A stretch of 64,000 bases of DNA, from contig JBBAWM010000001.1 of assembly GCA_040397175.1 (NCBI GenBank), positions 389,931 through 453,930 on the forward strand, written 5' to 3'. A program made the translations under genes and the position numbers. This DNA is from Candidatus Limnocylindrus sp. (GTDB taxonomy: Bacteria; Chloroflexota; Limnocylindria; Limnocylindrales; Limnocylindraceae). Shown piece by piece: positions 1-12,696 of the stretch. The notes under the pieces were generated by a model that was not told the origin of the DNA, ran no database searches, and saw only the letters and a program-made list of their open reading frames with translations. The stretch's first letter is position 1. Each line of letters opens with the position of its first letter.

Positions 1-92
1 ACGAGGCAGGGATCGCCGAGGAGCCAGCCGCAGGCTTCGGTGGTCGCCTCTTTGGCGGGGCACGCAACCTCCTCGGCCGCATTCGGGGGTAG
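1..92 (+). CDS. ftsA: 3' end of probable FtsA (truncated by window)
   Basis: Frame from nt 3 reads EAGIAEEPAAGFGGRLFGGARNLLGRIRG* (TAG 90-92). This is an amphipathic C-terminal helix directly upstream of ftsZ, as expected for the FtsA membrane-targeting sequence; the call is positional. Confidence 0.55.
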   Translation, partial: EAGIAEEPAAGFGGRLFGGARNLLGRIRG

Positions 93-123
93 CCCAACCC
101 GCCGCGAACCGCGGGCGGGGCGC

Positions 124-132
124 TGCTACACT
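124..132 (+). promoter_or_regulatory. Extended -10 promoter element for ftsZ
   Basis: TGcTACACT about 80 nt upstream of the ftsZ ATG; SD-like GGAGG just before the ATG. Confidence 0.5.
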
Positions 133-212
133 TCGCGGGATCGACGGGAGGGCGTCGTCTAAACGGGGCTAGCCCCGGGCGGCGCAGAGTCGGGGCAACA
201 GGTCCGGAGGGC

Positions 213-1424
<1,212 letters not shown>

Positions 1425-1446
1425 TAGCTGGGGGTAACCCCAGGAG

Positions 1447-2151
1447 ATGCTGAGCGCCGCTGATCTCACCAGCAGCTACCGCGAACTACTTTCGCGCGTA
1501 CGCGCCGCCGGCCCCGCCGAACTGATGGTCGTCACGAAGGGTGTTGCTGCGGAGCAGATCGCGGTGGTTGTAGACGCTGGCTGCACTCTCTTCGGTGAGA
1601 ATCGCGTTCAGGAGTTGGAGGCAAAGCGGGCGGCCGTTGCAGCACTGCGCCCTACGGCAAATCTCACGTGGGTCCTGATCGGCCCGCTGCAGTCGAACAA
1701 GGCGCGACGTGCGATCGAGGTTGCCGACCGCATCGCCACCGTGGGGAGTGTTGAGCTGCTTGAGCGCCTTGCCGCACTTGCCAGCGAACGCGCAAAGCCG
1801 CTGGAGATTGCCCTGCAGGTCAACGTGGACGAGGATCCGGCCAAGTCGGGCTTCACCCCAGCGGGTCTCCGCGCGGCGCTCCCCGCCATCGCGGCAATCG
1901 TCAGCGCTGCCCCGATCACCCTCGCTGGGCTCTTTACGGTGGGGAGGCTCACTGCAGGTGGGGAGGCCGCACGCCCAACCTTCGCCCAGTTCTGCGCGCT
2001 GGCGACAGAGGTCGATGTTGACGCACGGGCGCTCGGCCTTCAGCTCGGGCCACTGCGCTCCGCGGGGATGAGTGGCGACTTCGAGGTGGCGATCAGTGAG
2101 GGCTCCACCGAGGTGCGTGTGGGGAGCGCACTCTTTGGTCAGCGCGGCTAG
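1447..2151 (+). CDS. yggS: PLP homeostasis protein YggS/PROSC family
   Basis: VVTK (PLP lysine), FGENRVQE, IGPLQSNK, GMSGDF, GSTEVRVGSALFG; usual position after ftsZ. Confidence 0.93.
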   Translation: MLSAADLTSSYRELLSRVRAAGPAELMVVTKGVAAEQIAVVVDAGCTLFGENRVQELEAKRAAVAALRPTANLTWVLIGPLQSNKARRAIEVADRIATVGSVELLERLAALASERAKPLEIALQVNVDEDPAKSGFTPAGLRAALPAIAAIVSAAPITLAGLFTVGRLTAGGEAARPTFAQFCALATEVDVDARALGLQLGPLRSAGMSGDFEVAISEGSTEVRVGSALFGQRG

Positions 2152-2160
2152 GCTGTAGTC

Positions 2161-2415
2161 ATGCGTACGTCAGATATCGTTGGCCTCGTGTTCCAGACCC
2201 TCTGGTGGGTGATTCTCGGACGCGTGCTGCTCTCGTGGTTTGACCCGGCCGGATCCTATCGGATCTCGCGCATCATCTACGACATGAGTGAGCCGATCCT
2301 CGCCCCAGCCCGACGCATCCTGCCCACCTTCGGCGGCGTGGACTGGTCGCCGCTCGTCACGATGCTTGCCCTGAACGTGCTTGAGGGTTTCATCTTAGGC
2401 AGCCTCAGAGGCTGA
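2161..2415 (+). CDS. yggT: YggT/YlmG family membrane protein
   Basis: RVLLSWF...SEPILAPARRILPTFGGVDWSPL motif; follows yggS. Confidence 0.92.
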   Translation: MRTSDIVGLVFQTLWWVILGRVLLSWFDPAGSYRISRIIYDMSEPILAPARRILPTFGGVDWSPLVTMLALNVLEGFILGSLRG

Positions 2416-2437
2416 ACCGAGTAGAATCTGCGCCCGA

Positions 2438-2514
<77 letters not shown>

Positions 2515-2528
2515 CCTTCACGCGACCG

Positions 2529-5225
<2,697 letters not shown>

Positions 5226-5389
5226 GGGTCCTCCCCTTTGTTGTGCGTGGCCGCGGCTGCGTCACCCCGCTTGCGGCTAGGGTAGCGCGCCGCGCCTCAG
5301 CAGCGCGCCGCCGCTGCGGAGGCTACCATCGGCTCAATTGCGGGTACGGCCCTGGCCGCCCGTCCATCGGAGAGGTGAGGGAGCAGCAC

Positions 5390-5824
5390 ATGGGAGCAAC
5401 ACGGCGCAGCGCAATGTCGGCTGGCGGCCTGGTCATTCGAGGTGTTGGCGGTCGCCCAGAGATCGTGATTGGTCGCCGTCGTCGAGAGCGAGACGGTTTC
5501 GTCTGGTCGCTACCAAAGGGGACCCCTGAAGATGGCGAAACTCGCGAGGAGACGGCGCTTCGCGAAGTGCGCGAAGAGACGGGCCTGGAGGTGCAAATCC
5601 TCTCCTATTTTGATGCCATTCACTACTCGTTCACCCGGGGCGGGGAGCGGATCGACAAGACGGTGCACTACTACTTAATGGAGGCGATCGGCGGATCGTT
5701 TGATCAGTGGGATCACGAATTCGACGAGGTGCGCTGGGTGCCGATGGAGGAGGCGATCGCCCTCCTGGACTTTCAAACAGAGTGCGGCCTCGTTGAGCGC
5801 GCCTACGCCGCCCTCGCTGCATAG
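5390..5824 (+). CDS. NUDIX hydrolase (Ap4A hydrolase-like)
   Basis: Nudix box GTPEDGETREETALREVREETG; SAGG and WSLPKG motifs. ATG 5390 chosen after purine-rich GAGGGAG; divergent -10 boxes TACCAT (5324-5329, +) and TACCCT (5279-5284, -). Confidence 0.88.
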   Translation: MGATRRSAMSAGGLVIRGVGGRPEIVIGRRRRERDGFVWSLPKGTPEDGETREETALREVREETGLEVQILSYFDAIHYSFTRGGERIDKTVHYYLMEAIGGSFDQWDHEFDEVRWVPMEEAIALLDFQTECGLVERAYAALAA

Positions 5825-5932
5825 TCGATTCGTGCGGGCGGGTCACCCCGCCACAAAAGAGCACGGCGACCCCCTATCCTGTGGGGAGATCGGCAACCGC
5901 CGATCCATGAGAGCGTGAGAGGAGAGATGCGG

Positions 5933-7861
5933 ATGCATCCGAGCCTAAAGGTCCTTGCTGCAGCGCTCTTAACAGTAACTCTCCTCCCTGGTTGCACCAT
6001 CTTCTCTGGTCGCACCCTGCGCGTCGGGATTGTGGGTGAGCCTGCCGGCCTCGAGCTCGCCTATACGGATGACGCCTCTGCCCTTGTCGGCTCCATGGTC
6101 CACGCGGGCCTCTACCGCGCTGACGCCTCCTTCGCGCCTACCCCCGTTCTAGCAGCGGGTGATGCGTCGAGTGCGGCAGGTGGTACGAAGTGGCGCGTGA
6201 CACTGCGCCCTGGGCTCACCTTCCACGATGGATCGCTCCTTACCGCAGAGGACGTGAAATTCACCTACGAGCTTGCAGCCTCCACCCGCTGTCCACTGGT
6301 GAGCGACATTTGCGCCGTGGTTGGTAACCACCTGGTCTCTGTTGAGTCGGCGACAGACGGCACGCTCACCTTCACCTTGAAATCGCCGTGGGCTCCCTGG
6401 CAAACGCGTGGATTGACGATCCCGATCCTCCCAAAGGCCACCCTTACCGCATCACTTGCCCGACTTCAGGCCAAGGTCCAATCGGCAGATCGCAACGCGG
6501 TCTCCCTGACGCGGGAGAACATTGCCGCCGATATTGACGGCGGCGGTTGCGCCGCCTCTGGCGGCACAAACTGCACCTATGCCTCACGTGTCACCGAGCT
6601 AGAACGCACCCTAGCCGATGCTGGGCTGGATCTTCCCGACCCGCGCGGCTATCCGCAGCTCAATAGTGCGGGTGAGGCAACGGGGAGCCGAGATGATGAA
6701 CAGTACGCACTTGCGCTGTATGCACGGCTCACCGCACTTGAGGGGTTACTCCTCTCGCCAACTGACGGGCAGCTGGCCGCCGCATTCCCGCTTCTCGACG
6801 TGCAGAGCGCGCCAGTAGGCGCTGGACCGTATGAATTTGTCGAGCGAGTGCCAGGCACCTTCGTGCAGCTTGCCGCCTTCAAGGGATACGCCGTCGGAGT
6901 AGCGCCAATGTCGGCGATGACAATGACGGTCTTTGCGTCGACAGCCGGTGTGGTGAAATCCTTCCAGGGCGGCGGAATCGATTGGGCGCCGGACCTCCGT
7001 GCCGCAGACGTCGCCGGCCTCAACGTCAGCAGCGATGCAACGCTGTTGCACACGGCATCACTCCGCGGATACAACTACCTCGCGTTTAATACACGCGAAG
7101 GCCGACTCTTTGCCAACGGCGTTGCCCGCCGTGCCTTGGCCTCCTGCGTAGACATTCCGGCGATACTCACCGGGGCCACTGACGACACGGGGATCAAGAT
7201 CTCGAGCACCGTTGCACCGACCTCGTGGGCAGCCGAGAACCCTGCTGCAGCAGAGTCGACGCGCGATGTTGTCGGTGCGCGAGCTGCACTCGTTGCCGAC
7301 GGCTGGGTGGCGGGGCAGGATGGCGTCTTCGCCCGTGCCGGCGTGCGCCTTGAGGCCGACATCATCGTCCGTGAGGGCCAGGTTGCACGATCTCGCGCCG
7401 CACAATTGATCGTTGACCAGGTTGCAGAGTGCGGCATCTCACTCACCGTTGCCGAACTCCCGTTTGTGACGGATATTGCGGCGCGGCTCCGCTATCCCAA
7501 TGACTTTGACCTCTATCTCGGTGCGTGGCAGTGGAGCCTCGACCCAGATGATTCGGACATCTTTGCCTCAACTGGTTGCCCAACCGAAGAGTCGCCGGCG
7601 GGAAAGAACTTTGTCTGTTGGTCAAATGCGCGGGTGGACCAGCTACTCGCCCAGGGGGTCTCGGCTGGAAGTGTGAGCTCTCGTGTGGGGATCTACGCCA
7701 CGATTCAATCAATCCGTCGCAGTGAGCGACCGTACCTCCTCCTGTGGGGAGATCCTGGATATGCGCTCATTCGCAATAGGATCACGTGGGCTACTCGAGC
7801 CTCTGATGTGCAGAGCCCCCTATACGCGTGGTCGATCCACACGTGGGATTTGCAAAAGTAG
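5933..7861 (+). CDS. Peptide/nickel ABC substrate-binding lipoprotein (SBP family 5)
   Basis: Lipobox LLPGC, LRPGLTFHDGSLLTAEDVKFTY, PVGAGPYEF, YLAFN; SD AGGAG at 5920-5924. Confidence 0.88.
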   Translation: MHPSLKVLAAALLTVTLLPGCTIFSGRTLRVGIVGEPAGLELAYTDDASALVGSMVHAGLYRADASFAPTPVLAAGDASSAAGGTKWRVTLRPGLTFHDGSLLTAEDVKFTYELAASTRCPLVSDICAVVGNHLVSVESATDGTLTFTLKSPWAPWQTRGLTIPILPKATLTASLARLQAKVQSADRNAVSLTRENIAADIDGGGCAASGGTNCTYASRVTELERTLADAGLDLPDPRGYPQLNSAGEATGSRDDEQYALALYARLTALEGLLLSPTDGQLAAAFPLLDVQSAPVGAGPYEFVERVPGTFVQLAAFKGYAVGVAPMSAMTMTVFASTAGVVKSFQGGGIDWAPDLRAADVAGLNVSSDATLLHTASLRGYNYLAFNTREGRLFANGVARRALASCVDIPAILTGATDDTGIKISSTVAPTSWAAENPAAAESTRDVVGARAALVADGWVAGQDGVFARAGVRLEADIIVREGQVARSRAAQLIVDQVAECGISLTVAELPFVTDIAARLRYPNDFDLYLGAWQWSLDPDDSDIFASTGCPTEESPAGKNFVCWSNARVDQLLAQGVSAGSVSSRVGIYATIQSIRRSERPYLLLWGDPGYALIRNRITWATRASDVQSPLYAWSIHTWDLQK

Positions 7862-7867
7862 GGGCTG

Positions 7868-8767
7868 ATGCGACGCAGAGTGCTCGCCCTTGCACAGATT
7901 GCCCCAGCCCTTGGCGATCTTCCCCAGAACCTCGCCATCCATCAAGAGAAGATGGCGGAGGGTCGGATTGCGGGCGCCGATCTGGTGATCTTCCCTGAGC
8001 TCAGCCTCACCGGATATCAGCTACAAGACCTCACGCCAGAGGTTGCAATGCGACGCAGTGATCCTCGACTTCAGGCCCTGGCAGCGCTCACACGTGGTGG
8101 CCCGTCAGCGATCGTCTCGTTTGTGGAGTCCACAGACGACCATCGCTGCTTCGCCTCCGCCGCCCTGTTGGAGGGGGGTGAGGTTCGCCATGTGGCGCGC
8201 AAATGCTACCTGCCAACGTACGGAATCTTCGATGAGCGACGCTTCCTCGCAGCGGGCGATTCGATTCGTGCCGCGCGCGCCGTCCTGGGTAGCGCAACGG
8301 CACAAGGGGATGTCGGTTTTGGCATTGGGATCTGTGAAGATTTCTGGCATCCAACGCTGCCATCGATCCTTGCGCAGGACGGTGCCGAACTCCTCATCAA
8401 CGTGGCGGCTGGGCCGGCGCGCGGTGCAAGCGTGGACGCCGATGAGGGACTTGGCTCGGCGGCATCGTGGGGCACCCTCTTGCGAGCCACCGCGGCGCTC
8501 ACCACCTCCTATGTCGCATTCACCAATCGGGTTGGCGTCGACGAGTCGCTGATCTTCTGGGGCGGCTCACGTGTGATCGGCCCCGATGGCGTGGTGCTCG
8601 CTGAGGCGCCACTTTTTGAGGAGGCGCTCCTCTTGGCCGAGATCGATCTTGATGAGGTGGCACGCGCGCGGAGCGCCCTCCCTCTCCTTCGCGATGAGCG
8701 ACTTGAGCTAACGCGTCGCGAATTCGATCGCATCATCGCCACGCGCGCCGGCCTCGAGGAGGCGTAG
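7868..8767 (+). CDS. Carbon-nitrogen hydrolase; probable glutaminase subunit of NAD+ synthetase
   Basis: Nitrilase E-K-C triad (FPEL, RKCYLPTYGIFDERRF, ICEDFW), NRVG and FWGGS motifs; ends 5 nt upstream of nadE. Confidence 0.85.
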   Translation: MRRRVLALAQIAPALGDLPQNLAIHQEKMAEGRIAGADLVIFPELSLTGYQLQDLTPEVAMRRSDPRLQALAALTRGGPSAIVSFVESTDDHRCFASAALLEGGEVRHVARKCYLPTYGIFDERRFLAAGDSIRAARAVLGSATAQGDVGFGIGICEDFWHPTLPSILAQDGAELLINVAAGPARGASVDADEGLGSAASWGTLLRATAALTTSYVAFTNRVGVDESLIFWGGSRVIGPDGVVLAEAPLFEEALLLAEIDLDEVARARSALPLLRDERLELTRREFDRIIATRAGLEEA

Positions 8768-8772
8768 TTCGC

Positions 8773-9639
8773 GTGGCGGAGGGCAGGGGTAGCAGCGGAA
8801 CGCATGATGAGCTCGCAATCGATCCCGAGATGGTCGCGGTCATGTGCCGCTCCTTCATCACCTCGCACCTGGCGAGCACCGGCGCCGAGCGTGTAGTACT
8901 GGGCCTCTCCGGCGGCATCGACTCCGCACTGGTTGCCTACCTTACGGCCGCCGCGATTGGGGCAGATCGCCTGGTGGTGGTGCTCATGCCAACGGCGTCG
9001 TCCACACCGAGCTCAAAGGCAGATGCAGAGGCAATCGTGAGCGATCTCCGCTGCCAGAGCGAACTCATCTCGATTGAGGCCCCCTTGGCGGCACTCATGG
9101 CGAATCTGCCCGGCGGTGAGAGCGTGACGCCCGTACGTCGGGGAAATATCGCAGCACGATTGCGAATGACGACGCTGTATGACCGTTCAGCCGTGCATCG
9201 TGGGGTTGTAATCGGCACGGGGAACAAGAGCGAGATCCTGATCGGCTACTCCACGATTTTCGGCGATGCCGCATCCGCATTCAACCCGATCGGCGATCTG
9301 TATAAGACGCAGGTGCGCGAACTCTCACGCCACCTCGGCGTGCCGACGCAGATCATTGAGAAGGCGCCGAGCGCCGATCTCTGGCCCGGACAAACCGATG
9401 AGGGTGAGGGTGGATTTGACTACCCAACGCTCGATCGCGTTCTCTATCGCATCGTTGATCGCCGCCTTCCGCTCGAGGATGTGATCGCGGAAGGCTTCGA
9501 TCGCGACTTCGTCCTACGCGTCAGCGAGATGATCCGTCGATCTGAGTTCAAGCGACAGATGCCACCGATTGCGAAGGTGGGGGGTCGGAGTAGTGGGAGC
9601 GACTATCTCTACCCTCGGCGGCGCCCGAAGCTTGACTGA
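8773..9639 (+). CDS. nadE: NAD+ synthetase (synthetase domain only)
   Basis: PP-loop GLSGGIDS, GNIAARLRM, GTGNKSE, GDLYKTQV, KAPSADLWPGQTDE. Confidence 0.96.
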   Translation: MAEGRGSSGTHDELAIDPEMVAVMCRSFITSHLASTGAERVVLGLSGGIDSALVAYLTAAAIGADRLVVVLMPTASSTPSSKADAEAIVSDLRCQSELISIEAPLAALMANLPGGESVTPVRRGNIAARLRMTTLYDRSAVHRGVVIGTGNKSEILIGYSTIFGDAASAFNPIGDLYKTQVRELSRHLGVPTQIIEKAPSADLWPGQTDEGEGGFDYPTLDRVLYRIVDRRLPLEDVIAEGFDRDFVLRVSEMIRRSEFKRQMPPIAKVGGRSSGSDYLYPRRRPKLD

Positions 9640-10543
9640 CGACCTGCGTGGCGGTGGTGCAACGCCAGGGGCGTTGCATATCGTCTCCACCCCCATCGGG
9701 AATCTTGCCGATCTCACGCCGCGTGCCGTGGCCGTACTTCGTGAAGTTGGATTGATCGTTGCCGAAGACACGCGACTCTCTCGTCCGATGCTTGCAAGCA
9801 TAGGCGTGCAGGCGGAGGTGACGGCACTGCCAGGATTTGATGAGGTTGACCGGGTTGCGCCGATCATTCTTCGGCTCCAGTCAGGTGCCGCCGTTGCCCT
9901 GATCAGCGACGCTGGGACGCCGCTCATTAGCGACCCGGGAGGTACGCTCGTTGCCGCTGCAGTTGCTGCAGGAATCCGCGTGATCCCGATTCCTGGCGCA
10001 TCCGCACTCCTTGCCGCGGTGGTCGCAGCGGGTGTCACCGGTCTGCGTTGGTCATTCGAAGGATTTCTCCCCCGCAGTGGCGTTGACCGCTCAATGGTGC
10101 TCGGTGCCATTGCAGCGGATGAGCGCGGCACGGTGATCTATGAGGCGGGACCCCGTGTGGCCGCGACGCTAGACGACCTGGCGCGCGTGTGCGGTACGGA
10201 GCGAGTCGGCGCCGTCTGTCGTGAGCTGACCAAGTTGCATGAAGAGGTTCGGCGGGGCTCTCTCGGCGAACTTGCAGCTGCGATGGACGCGGGGGAGATT
10301 GATGCGCGCGGTGAGTTCGTAATTGTTGTCGGCTCGCAGGATTCTGCGAATCTTCCGAGAGCAGATGACCCAGAGGGCCCGTACGCTGCGGCACTTGAAC
10401 TCGTGGGGCGTGCCGTTGCGGGCGGCGAGCCGCGCAGCGCAGCGATTCGGCGTATCGCCACGCTGTGGGGGCTCGAGCGTCGACGCCTCTGGAACCTCGC
10501 CCATGACGACGCGGCACCAGAGAGCGTCGACAACGAGCGCTAG
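9632..10543 (+). CDS. rsmI: 16S rRNA C1402 2'-O-methyltransferase
   Basis: STPIGNLADLTPRA, AEDTR, ISDAGTPLISDPG, FEGFLP, RELTKLHEE. TTG 9632 start (overlapping the nadE end) is inferred. Confidence 0.93.
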   Translation: MTDDLRGGGATPGALHIVSTPIGNLADLTPRAVAVLREVGLIVAEDTRLSRPMLASIGVQAEVTALPGFDEVDRVAPIILRLQSGAAVALISDAGTPLISDPGGTLVAAAVAAGIRVIPIPGASALLAAVVAAGVTGLRWSFEGFLPRSGVDRSMVLGAIAADERGTVIYEAGPRVAATLDDLARVCGTERVGAVCRELTKLHEEVRRGSLGELAAAMDAGEIDARGEFVIVVGSQDSANLPRADDPEGPYAAALELVGRAVAGGEPRSAAIRRIATLWGLERRRLWNLAHDDAAPESVDNER

Positions 10544-10935
10544 GCGCGAACCGGAGCGATCTCCTCGCCGTATTCGGCCTCACCAAGATCGGTTGGCTCT
10601 GACCCCTGTGCGACTGGATCGCCCGACTGTGGCTTTGGTCCGAGGAACTCGAGGCGATTGACGATCACCTCGGTCATCCAGCGACGCGATCCTTCGCTCT
10701 CCCATTCGTGGGTTTTCAAGCGGCCATCGATGCTTACCAGCGAACCGGCCTGCAGGTGCGCGGCGGCGATCTCGGCGAGCTTCTCCCAGAAGACCAGTCG
10801 GTGGAACTCGGTGCGCTCCTCCCCACCACGGAAGTCGTGGGTTGCGACGCTTCCCACAGCGACCTTGGAGCCTGAGGGGAGCGATTTCAACTCGACGGGT
10901 TTGGTGATCCTGCCGGCGAGCATGACCTTGTTCAT
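10540..10935 (-). CDS. ssb: Single-stranded DNA-binding protein (short form)
   Basis: MNKVMLAGRI...TEFHRLVFWEKLAE...GSLVSIDGRLKTHEW...TEVIV OB fold; SD GGAGG before ATG 10935. Confidence 0.93.
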   Translation of the reverse strand: MNKVMLAGRITKPVELKSLPSGSKVAVGSVATHDFRGGEERTEFHRLVFWEKLAEIAAAHLQAGSLVSIDGRLKTHEWESEGSRRWMTEVIVNRLEFLGPKPQSGDPVAQGSEPTDLGEAEYGEEIAPVRA

Positions 10936-11070
10936 TGCGCCTCCTGATGCGGCAGCGGCCCGGATCTCGTGACCCGCAGGAGCCGAACGCCTGCTCGGAA
11001 ACCCTCCCACCGTGCGAATACTGCGGGCATATCGCGCTGGTGTCGCGCTCTTCTGCGACAATCGCCCACG

Positions 11071-12696
11071 ATGCGGTACTACCTAACAACGGCCATTGCG
11101 TATGCCAATAACAAGCCCGGCCTGCACACGCTCTATGAGGTAATCGGCGCGGATGCCATTGCCCGTTGGCGCCGCATGCGGGGTGACGAGGTGCGCTTCC
11201 TGACCGGCACCGACGAGTATTCGGTCAACATCGCCGCCCGCGCCTCAGAGGAGGGGATGAGCCCAAAAGCGTTCGTGGATGCGAAGGTCGCCCTCTTCCA
11301 GGCGAGCGAGGCGAAGCTGCTGATTAGTCCCGACCGATTCATTCGCACCACCGATGCCGACCACACCCTCGCCGCTCAGGAGATGGTTCGACGTTCGTTT
11401 GCTGCGGGGGACATCTACGTCGGCAGCTACGAAGGCTGGTACTGCCCTAATGAAGGGTTCCGCAACGCCGACGACGTGGTGAAAGAGGGCGACAAGACGG
11501 TCTGCCCGAACCATCCAGGGATCCCGCTGCAGTGGCTCACCGAGCGCAACTGGTTCTTCAAGCTGAGCGCCTACCAGGAGCGCCTTGAGGCCTGGCTGAC
11601 GCAGGATCCATCGCCGGTGCAGCCCGAATACCGCCGAAACGAGATGCTCGGCTTTGTACGCCAGGGGCTGGAGGATTTCTCCATAAGCCGAGAAGGGGCA
11701 ACGTGGGGCATTCCGTTCCCGATCCGCGAAGACGGCAGCAGTGCCCTGACCGCAACAGGCGAGGGCGATCCAAAGGCCGGCACTATCTACGTCTGGTACG
11801 ACGCGCTGATCAACTACCTCACCGGTGCTGGCTTCCCGGCGGATGCTGCCGGCGCACCATGGTGGCCCGCCGATCTGCACATCATCGGCAAGGACATCAA
11901 TCGTTTCCACTCCGTCTTCTGGCCCGCAATGTTGTGGAGCGCTGGGCTTGAGGCACCGAAGAAGATCTGGGTGCACGGCTGGCTCCTCTCCAGCGGTGAG
12001 CGAATGAGCAAGAGCCGCGGCAACTTCCTTGATCCAGATGATGCAGTTGCTGCACTTGGCGCCGACGGGACACGCTTTGTGGCACTGCGCGAGGTGCCCT
12101 TTGATCGTGATGGTGATGTGAGCTGGGACTCCATCATTCGCCGCTACAACTCTGAGCTTGCCAATGACTTTGGCAACTTGGTGAACCGAGCGACCACGTT
12201 GGCGAGCCGCGCCTTCACTGATGCGCCCCTTCCCCGACCTGCCGCTGCATCCCTCCTCGGCGCCGCATGGGAAGAGACACGTCGCGAGGCGATCGCAGCG
12301 CTCGAGCGCAACGCGCTGCATGAGTGGCTCGGTGCGCTTTGGGGGTTCGTCGGTGCGGCAAACAAGTTTGTCGATACCGAAAAGCCGTGGGAGCTCGCGA
12401 AGGCGGCGAAGCTTGGCGATGCCGCTGCGGAGGAGAAGCTGCGTGGCGTACTTGGCGACCTTCTTGAGTCGTGCCGACTGATTTCGCTCTATGCAGCGCC
12501 AGCGATGCCAACCATCACCGCAAAGATTTGGACGCTGCTCGGCCGTAGCTGGCCGTATGACGCGAGCGGGCACAACGGCCCGGCGCTCGACGAGATCGGC
12601 GCATGGGGGGCACTCGGTGCAGGCGGCGCACTTGGTGCACCAGAGCCACTCTTCCCGCGACTAGAGGCGGATGCGCTCGATGCCACTGCTGACTGA
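11071..12696 (+). CDS. metG: Methionine--tRNA ligase (no C-terminal tRNA-binding domain)
   Basis: YYLTTAIAYAN, FLTGTDE, DRFIRTT, YEGWYC, DFSISR, YVWYDALINY, IGKDINRFH, RMSKSRGN, LANDFGNL, PLFPRL; the HIGH position is atypical (see findings). Confidence 0.93.
   Translation: MRYYLTTAIAYANNKPGLHTLYEVIGADAIARWRRMRGDEVRFLTGTDEYSVNIAARASEEGMSPKAFVDAKVALFQASEAKLLISPDRFIRTTDADHTLAAQEMVRRSFAAGDIYVGSYEGWYCPNEGFRNADDVVKEGDKTVCPNHPGIPLQWLTERNWFFKLSAYQERLEAWLTQDPSPVQPEYRRNEMLGFVRQGLEDFSISREGATWGIPFPIREDGSSALTATGEGDPKAGTIYVWYDALINYLTGAGFPADAAGAPWWPADLHIIGKDINRFHSVFWPAMLWSAGLEAPKKIWVHGWLLSSGERMSKSRGNFLDPDDAVAALGADGTRFVALREVPFDRDGDVSWDSIIRRYNSELANDFGNLVNRATTLASRAFTDAPLPRPAAASLLGAAWEETRREAIAALERNALHEWLGALWGFVGAANKFVDTEKPWELAKAAKLGDAAAEEKLRGVLGDLLESCRLISLYAAPAMPTITAKIWTLLGRSWPYDASGHNGPALDEIGAWGALGAGGALGAPEPLFPRLEADALDATAD

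Noticed and set aside
5261-5851. 10-bp direct repeat GTCACCCCGC (5261-5270, 5842-5851) flanking the NUDIX gene
   Set aside because: Short and GC-rich, with no transposase, integrase or terminal inverted repeats; insufficient for a mobile element or operator call.
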